Assembly: GCA_963843145.1 (NCBI GenBank)
Contig: CAWJJC010000020.1
Span: 576,001-640,000, forward strand
DNA length: 64,000 nucleotides
Source: an uncultured delta proteobacterium
GTDB lineage: Bacteria; Desulfobacterota; RBG-13-43-22
Direction: 5' to 3'
The position numbers were made by a program, and so were the translations under genes. The stretch's first letter is position 1; each line of letters opens with the position of its first letter. Of the stretch, positions 59,120-64,000 are shown piece by piece. The notes under the pieces were generated by a model, which worked only from the letters and a program-made list of their open reading frames with translations, was not told where the DNA came from and did no database searches.

Positions 59120-60640
59120 TTAATTCTTCTTCCCGGGAACAGCTTCCGGGTCAAATCCATACAAGTCCTTAAAAGTGGGCACTTTCAGATCAGCGGGTAT
59201 GGGGTGAAAAAACTTCGTCTCGGCAAGATAACCCTTTTGCTCTTTCCAGGCCTGAGCAATGATTTCAGGCTTGACCAGGAGTTCCAAAGCGGATACGGCC
59301 ATCCATTTGCTGACGGTCATTCCCGCTTTGACCGCCGGCGGGGTGTCCGTCTGACAAACCATCAGCCAGGAATGAAGCGGTGTTCCCTTGGCCTGGGTCG
59401 CGACCCGGTAGGTGAGCGTAGGCATCATCCAACTTACGTTACCTTGATCGGTGGAGGCTTTGGCCACAAAGACCTTGGGAAATGTTTTACTTAGATCGGG
59501 GGCGGTAATGGTGGTATCGAACGCCGGCCCTTTGACTTCTTTCCCCAGCGCTTTGATGATTTGCTCCCCGAATTTCTGATCCTCATCGGTAAAAGGGGGG
59601 GCCCCGACCATGCGGGCATTTTCGTCGCCCAGTTTGCACAGGACTTTATTGGGAAGCACTTCCCAGACCGAACTCAGAATCTTATAGCTCATCGTCGTCT
59701 GGGTCATTAAGGCCGCGCCTCGCGCCACATCCTGCATCCATTTCCAGATCTGATCGACCTGGGTCATGCGGGGCGCCCTGATGTAATACCAGACTTCCGC
59801 ATCCGGCGGCACGTTATTCGGAACCTCGCCGCCCTTGGTGATGACGTACATGATCCGGGCTTCCTGCACGACATGTTCGCGCATGTAGTTCATTCCCACA
59901 TTCATGAGTTCCACGGCGTCCAAAGCGCTTCGTCCCATTTCGGGTGCCGCGGCAGCATGGGCGGATTTCCCTTTAAACTGAAACTTCACGCTGGTCATGG
60001 CCAACATGGAATTATTCTCCGGACCGTTGGTATCCCCCGGGTGCCAGGAAAGCATGATGTCCGTTCCATCGAAAACGCCGTCTCTGGCCATAAAGACCTT
60101 ACCCACCAACGTCTCCTCCGCCGGAGTCCCGAAGACCTTCAAGGTCCCCTTTATGCCCTGTTTCTCCATGGCCACCTTGGCGGCAATGGCTGCCGTAGCG
60201 CTCGAAGTCCCAAAAAGGTTGTGGCCACAGCCGTGTCCGGGGCCTCCCGGGACAATCTCCGTTTTGGTCAGCGAACCTTTCACCTGAGAAAGGTTCGGTA
60301 ACGCATCAAACTCTGCCAGAAACCCGATGACCGGTTTCCCCGAGCCCCAGGTCGCCACGAAAGCCGTTGGCATTCCCGCCACTCCCTTTTCGATCTTGAA
60401 TCCGTTCTTCGCCAAATAGTCCTGCAATTTCGCGGACGATTTGAACTCAACCAGACTCAACTCCGGATTGTTCCAGAGATATCCCGCAATTTCCTCATAG
60501 GTCGCCTTCCCTTTATCTACCCAATCGGTGGCCGTCTTGCTGGCCTGGTTCAAGTCTTGACCGAAGGTTGGAAGGATTGAAAAGACCAAGACAAAAAGCA
60601 AAATAGCCCCCAGACAAAAACCCGATCGTTTGTTACCCAT
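59120..60640 (-). CDS. Exported M20 amidohydrolase (AbgB-like)
   Basis: Signal peptide, EFDALP, HGCGHN, PAEE, WHP, STD.G.VS. Confidence 0.9.
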   Translation of the reverse strand: MGNKRSGFCLGAILLFVLVFSILPTFGQDLNQASKTATDWVDKGKATYEEIAGYLWNNPELSLVEFKSSAKLQDYLAKNGFKIEKGVAGMPTAFVATWGSGKPVIGFLAEFDALPNLSQVKGSLTKTEIVPGGPGHGCGHNLFGTSSATAAIAAKVAMEKQGIKGTLKVFGTPAEETLVGKVFMARDGVFDGTDIMLSWHPGDTNGPENNSMLAMTSVKFQFKGKSAHAAAAPEMGRSALDAVELMNVGMNYMREHVVQEARIMYVITKGGEVPNNVPPDAEVWYYIRAPRMTQVDQIWKWMQDVARGAALMTQTTMSYKILSSVWEVLPNKVLCKLGDENARMVGAPPFTDEDQKFGEQIIKALGKEVKGPAFDTTITAPDLSKTFPKVFVAKASTDQGNVSWMMPTLTYRVATQAKGTPLHSWLMVCQTDTPPAVKAGMTVSKWMAVSALELLVKPEIIAQAWKEQKGYLAETKFFHPIPADLKVPTFKDLYGFDPEAVPGKKN

Positions 60641-60941
60641 GATGAGGCCCTCTCTCTTTCTATTATTTATATTATTTGGTTATTCTGCGAGAAACCGCTC
60701 TCTGCCGCTTCAATCTCCCCATTTGGCGGAAATGGTCACACCAAACCCTGCCCACGAACCGGAGTCGGATCGTCTCTTCCGTGCGACCGGGAAGGGGGCG
60801 GACCAGACTCATCTCTTTTAATACCAGAAAAAATGCGCCAATTAAAAGCAATAATTTGACTTAAACGGTTAGGCCGCAAGTCGACTATCAGTGACCTAGT
60901 TGAGTCCGAACCCGATTCTCGGAAGACAGGGAGCTTCAAAA

Positions 60942-60988
60942 TTGATGACCTCGCAAAAAGTCAAAAGACGACTTTCTGCTCGGCGGGG
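60942..60988. repeat. Partial copy of the 46234-46399 MITE arm
   Basis: TTGATGACCTCGCAAAAAGTCAAAAGACGACTTTCTGCTCGGCGGGG is nearly the reverse complement of 46353-46399. Confidence 0.75.
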
Positions 60989-61210
60989 GAGGGCTTCCCC
61001 CTGCGGAGTGAAAAATTTTCCTATCAAGGGGAAGGTTTTTCGCTGTCCCCTCCAAAAAATACCTGTCCGGGGAAGCTGGATACTAAGGGCACAAGTTAAG
61101 GGGAACAGATTCCAGCAATCCTTTAACTATAAAGTTTTTTTACATTTTTTTGGCCAGCCCACCGGCCGGTCAGCCGGCTTGCCAAAAGAAATCGGTTTCG
61201 GGTTTCCCTC

Positions 61211-61226
61211 CGGCACGCTTCTTGAA
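61211..61226 (+). promoter_or_regulatory. Putative sigma54 (-24/-12) promoter
   Basis: CGGCACG-CTTC-TTGAA versus consensus TGGCACG-N4-TTGC. Confidence 0.5.
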
Positions 61227-61272
61227 GTAACAGGGAGTTTTAAAAACTGAAACAAAAAAAGGGGGCGATCCC

Positions 61273-62154
61273 ATGAATACCATCAGCCAAGTCACCTCTG
61301 GACTGGCGGCACAAAATGTAGCCAAGAATTATGACAGTTTTCAAACCCAAAACGCCCTAAAAACACAGCAAAGTACTGAAACGAATTCATTCCTTTCTAT
61401 TTTTAAACAATTGGATGTTAATGCCGACGATTCGCTTGATACCAATGAATTGAATCTCGGTCTTGAAGGTTTTATTTCCAATTTTATCTTTCAACGGGAT
61501 CTGGATGGAAATCAAGCCATCAGTGCCGAAGAGGCCGGGACCTCAACGGACGTTATCTCAAATTTGGACACCAATTCGGACCAGTTGGTGGATGGCAAGG
61601 AAATTAATACGGAAGCAGGCCGGATCCTGGATGGACTGGTATCGATTTTGGACACCAACAACGACAAAGCCCTGTCCAGGAAAGAGCTGTCGATCTTTGA
61701 ACTGCTTTTCAGCAGCAGTCCTTCAGCGGATGCCAATACGAACACCATCTTTGACCGCAGCAGCTCTTCCGCGGGTGAAAACCTGGAGTTGGACATGAAC
61801 ACCATCCCGGACCGCATGAGAGCGGCAGGGTTTCAGGGATCAGACAACGCGTTGTACTATGCTTTGGCTCACGTCTATAATAATGGCCCGGGTGCGGAAA
61901 TGCCGGATGATGGAGCAGGATCTTTAGCCACCCTAAACACTCAGCGAGATGCGATTTACAACTGGTTTGATGGCGAGGTGGCCAAGGTTAAAAACATTTT
62001 AAAAACGAACCCCCAGGCCACATTAACGGCGATAACCAATGATGGACGGGACCGCTGTGGATTTCGGCTTGGCCCCGCGATAGTGGACCGGTTGAAGGAG
62101 TTTGGAAACCGCGTACAGTTGGGGACCATCCTTCCCGATAGTGAGTATGGCTAA
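61273..62154 (+). CDS. EF-hand calcium-binding protein with unknown C-terminal domain
   Basis: Four loops: DVNADDSLDTNE, DLDGNQAISAEE, DTNSDQLVDGKE, DTNNDKALSRKE. Confidence 0.8.
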   Translation: MNTISQVTSGLAAQNVAKNYDSFQTQNALKTQQSTETNSFLSIFKQLDVNADDSLDTNELNLGLEGFISNFIFQRDLDGNQAISAEEAGTSTDVISNLDTNSDQLVDGKEINTEAGRILDGLVSILDTNNDKALSRKELSIFELLFSSSPSADANTNTIFDRSSSSAGENLELDMNTIPDRMRAAGFQGSDNALYYALAHVYNNGPGAEMPDDGAGSLATLNTQRDAIYNWFDGEVAKVKNILKTNPQATLTAITNDGRDRCGFRLGPAIVDRLKEFGNRVQLGTILPDSEYG

Positions 62155-62269
62155 GTTATTTTAAAAAGCTCTCTTTTTGAATTCAAATAGCCATCTCGGC
62201 CATCGCTGCCGATCCCCGGCAGATTTTGAAAGAAATTCTCTGGGATTTCAGCAAGTTCGTCCGGCCCGC

Positions 62270-62426
62270 CCCAATGCCGTTAACTTAAGGCTATTTCCCC
62301 TGCCTACAGCGTCACCCCGGCGAAAGCCGGGGTCCAGAAAGCCTGAAAAATCTGGATTCCGCCTCCGCCAGAATGACGGCAACGACTTAATTTTTAGACT
62401 AAATCTGTTAAGTTAACGGCATTGGG
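62270..62426. mobile_element. 157-bp MITE-like element enclosing a REP-like palindrome
   Basis: TIRs CCCAATGCCGTTAACTTAA / TTAAGTTAACGGCATTGGG; internal GTCACCCCGGCGAAAGCCGGGGTCCAG...CTGGATTCC...AATGAC. Confidence 0.75.
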
Positions 62427-62491
62427 CCCGCCCCCCGCTGATCCAAACGGTTCGCGATTTTTTTCCTTTCGGACCTCAGGGAAGTGTGCTG

Positions 62492-62902
62492 ATGAAGCGA
62501 CAGGAATGGATGGAGGCAACAGAAAAGCCTTTGGGCTCCTGGGCTGTTTTTATCGGCGAAGATGGACCGAGAACCGAGAAGATTACCGGGCGACTCTATG
62601 TTACCACCCGAAATGTTTATTTTGATGCGGGCATGCGGCTCGATCGGGATGCCGGACTCATGATGGGTGGGGGGAGCCTGGAATTTCAAGATGATGTGGA
62701 GCCTCCTTTCCAGATGATGCAGGAGCGGGCGAAGATCGCCCGGGACCTGATTCAGCAGGTGACCACTTCTCGCAAATGGTTGATCCTCGGTTCATTGCAT
62801 CTGCACCTCCACGGCGGACAGGAATTAATCTTTCGTTTTGGAGCCTGTCCCCTAAGAGGCGCCCTTTCCGCCCTCAAGACCACGAACCTTACAACCGCAT
62901 GA
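62492..62902 (+). CDS. Hypothetical protein, possible PH/GRAM-like domain
   Basis: ITGRLYVTTRNVYF pattern; beta-rich composition. Confidence 0.55.
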   Translation: MKRQEWMEATEKPLGSWAVFIGEDGPRTEKITGRLYVTTRNVYFDAGMRLDRDAGLMMGGGSLEFQDDVEPPFQMMQERAKIARDLIQQVTTSRKWLILGSLHLHLHGGQELIFRFGACPLRGALSALKTTNLTTA

Positions 62903-62940
62903 TCCTGTTCAGGCGGCCTGAGCCCTGAGCCGGGGTCGGA

Positions 62941-62969
62941 CCCAATGCCGTTAACTTAACCGATTTAGT
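62941..62969. repeat. Isolated 29-bp end of the same MITE family
   Basis: CCCAATGCCGTTAACTTAACCGATTTAGT, 28/29 inverted match to 62398-62426. Confidence 0.75.
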
Positions 62970-62990
62970 TCTGAAATTCGGCCCGTGCCG

Positions 62991-63467
62991 TCAGCCTGGT
63001 TCCCCGGTGAAAGGTATGCCGGCTTCTTCCAGCGCTTCACGGGCAATTTTCTCGAGTGCCTGTTGTTTGAATTCAAACCACTCGTCCCGTAGGCCATACT
63101 GGTTTACCTTGTCTTTGAAGTACCGAAAGGCACCCCTGCCATGAATGGCGCGCAGCAGATTTTCGGTCGCTTCCTGGTCTGTTTGTGATTGGGCGAAATC
63201 CCGCATTATGGCCCACTCGTTGATCTCGAACTTGTTCGGCAGGGCTATCCATGCCTCGTTATTCAGGATCTCTCTTGCTTTTGCAGCGGATTCCATTTCC
63301 CAATCCGCCAGCTCGTCCCCTTCTTCCCCGCCCTCGGCCAGAGCGGCCTCTTCATCCGAGAACGAATAGATCTCGCCCGTCTCGCGATGGATGTATGCCG
63401 TCCACCCCTCGGGTACCGCCTCTAGCTCTTCAGCCACCTGCTTCAGCGAAACTGGAATTCCCATCAT
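62991..63467 (-). CDS. UPF0158-family protein
   Basis: YIHRETGEI, EWAIMRDF, AIHGRGAFRYFKD, W..F. Confidence 0.88.
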   Translation of the reverse strand: MMGIPVSLKQVAEELEAVPEGWTAYIHRETGEIYSFSDEEAALAEGGEEGDELADWEMESAAKAREILNNEAWIALPNKFEINEWAIMRDFAQSQTDQEATENLLRAIHGRGAFRYFKDKVNQYGLRDEWFEFKQQALEKIAREALEEAGIPFTGEPG

Positions 63468-63559
63468 TTAACCTCCTAGAAGCTTCTTTTGGAGGGCAAA
63501 AAGGGCAGTTTAAGTTCTCGTTCCCCTATCACATTTAATATAATTTAGTGAAAATTAAA

Positions 63560-63747
63560 ATAGTTCGCTCGGTTGGTTAATCCTTGCTCCAGTTTTAAAC
63601 GGAGGACTTCCTTGATTTTGCGCATCGATAACCTCTCCATAGGTCCTCGGGCCTCCTCTGAACGAGTTTTTAGGGCCCAAGGTATCAAGGGTTATCCCGT
63701 GTCGCTATTTCCTTTCTCCCGGGGTGGCCGGATGGCCGTGGAATACA
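63560..63747 (-). mobile_element. istA: Second IS21-family left-end stub
   Basis: Minus strand end TGTATTCCACGGCCATCCGGCCACC; ORF from 63640 reads MERLSMRKIKEVLRLKLEQGLTNR. Confidence 0.8.
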
Positions 63748-64000
63748 CACGTAGAGCCCCCTCCCATGAAAACTTAGACGTAACCCCTATTTTTTACTGA
63801 TCATAACCTTGGATTTTTTCGATACACAAGTAATTTTTCGAGGCTCCTATGAAAAATTATTCCAAAGGGTTCGCCCGAGCAATGGAAAAAGTCACAAAGG
63901 TGGCGGAACGTCAAGCGGCTACCCAAGGGAATAAGCAAACTGGTTAGGAAAAGTTTCCAGGTCCAGAGAAAGGCCGCGCAAAAGAAAAAGTCGGAAAGGC

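Overview
A 64-kb chromosomal window from an anaerobic Gram-negative bacterium. A Desulfobacterota/deltaproteobacterial origin is inferred from gene content; no rRNA, tRNA or CRISPR array was seen. The first ~43 kb is largely a trace-metal and cofactor region. (i) A Zn/Mn-type outer-membrane protein plus ABC operon is headed by a DUF2946-like His/CxxC leader ending in the arrest motif RAPP. It is followed by two decayed ECF sigma copies with GGAAC-N16-CGTT promoters, an IS21 stub and a vapBC pair. (ii) A methyltransferase-DUF3842-CooT-TonB receptor-ABC-ExbBD/TonB cluster sits behind an unrecognised attenuator-like leader. (iii) A corrinoid salvage operon carries two cobalamin riboswitches. (iv) PadR-modABC. 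(v) An ArsS-type radical SAM enzyme has an in-frame UGA at the family's Sec/Cys position. (vi) A periplasmic [NiFe]-hydrogenase. (vii) A partly decayed cluster of a double-cubane-cluster reductase, its activase, a rhodanese and a MauE-type protein. The remaining ~20 kb holds gpmA, ilvA, a Gld-type ABC operon coupled to dnaJ, assorted enzymes, a sigma54-type EF-hand gene, MITE/REP-like repeats and a second IS21 stub. Many single-base frameshifts between 16 and 40 kb may be sequencing errors rather than pseudogenes. All assignments come from motif recognition by eye; no searches were run.
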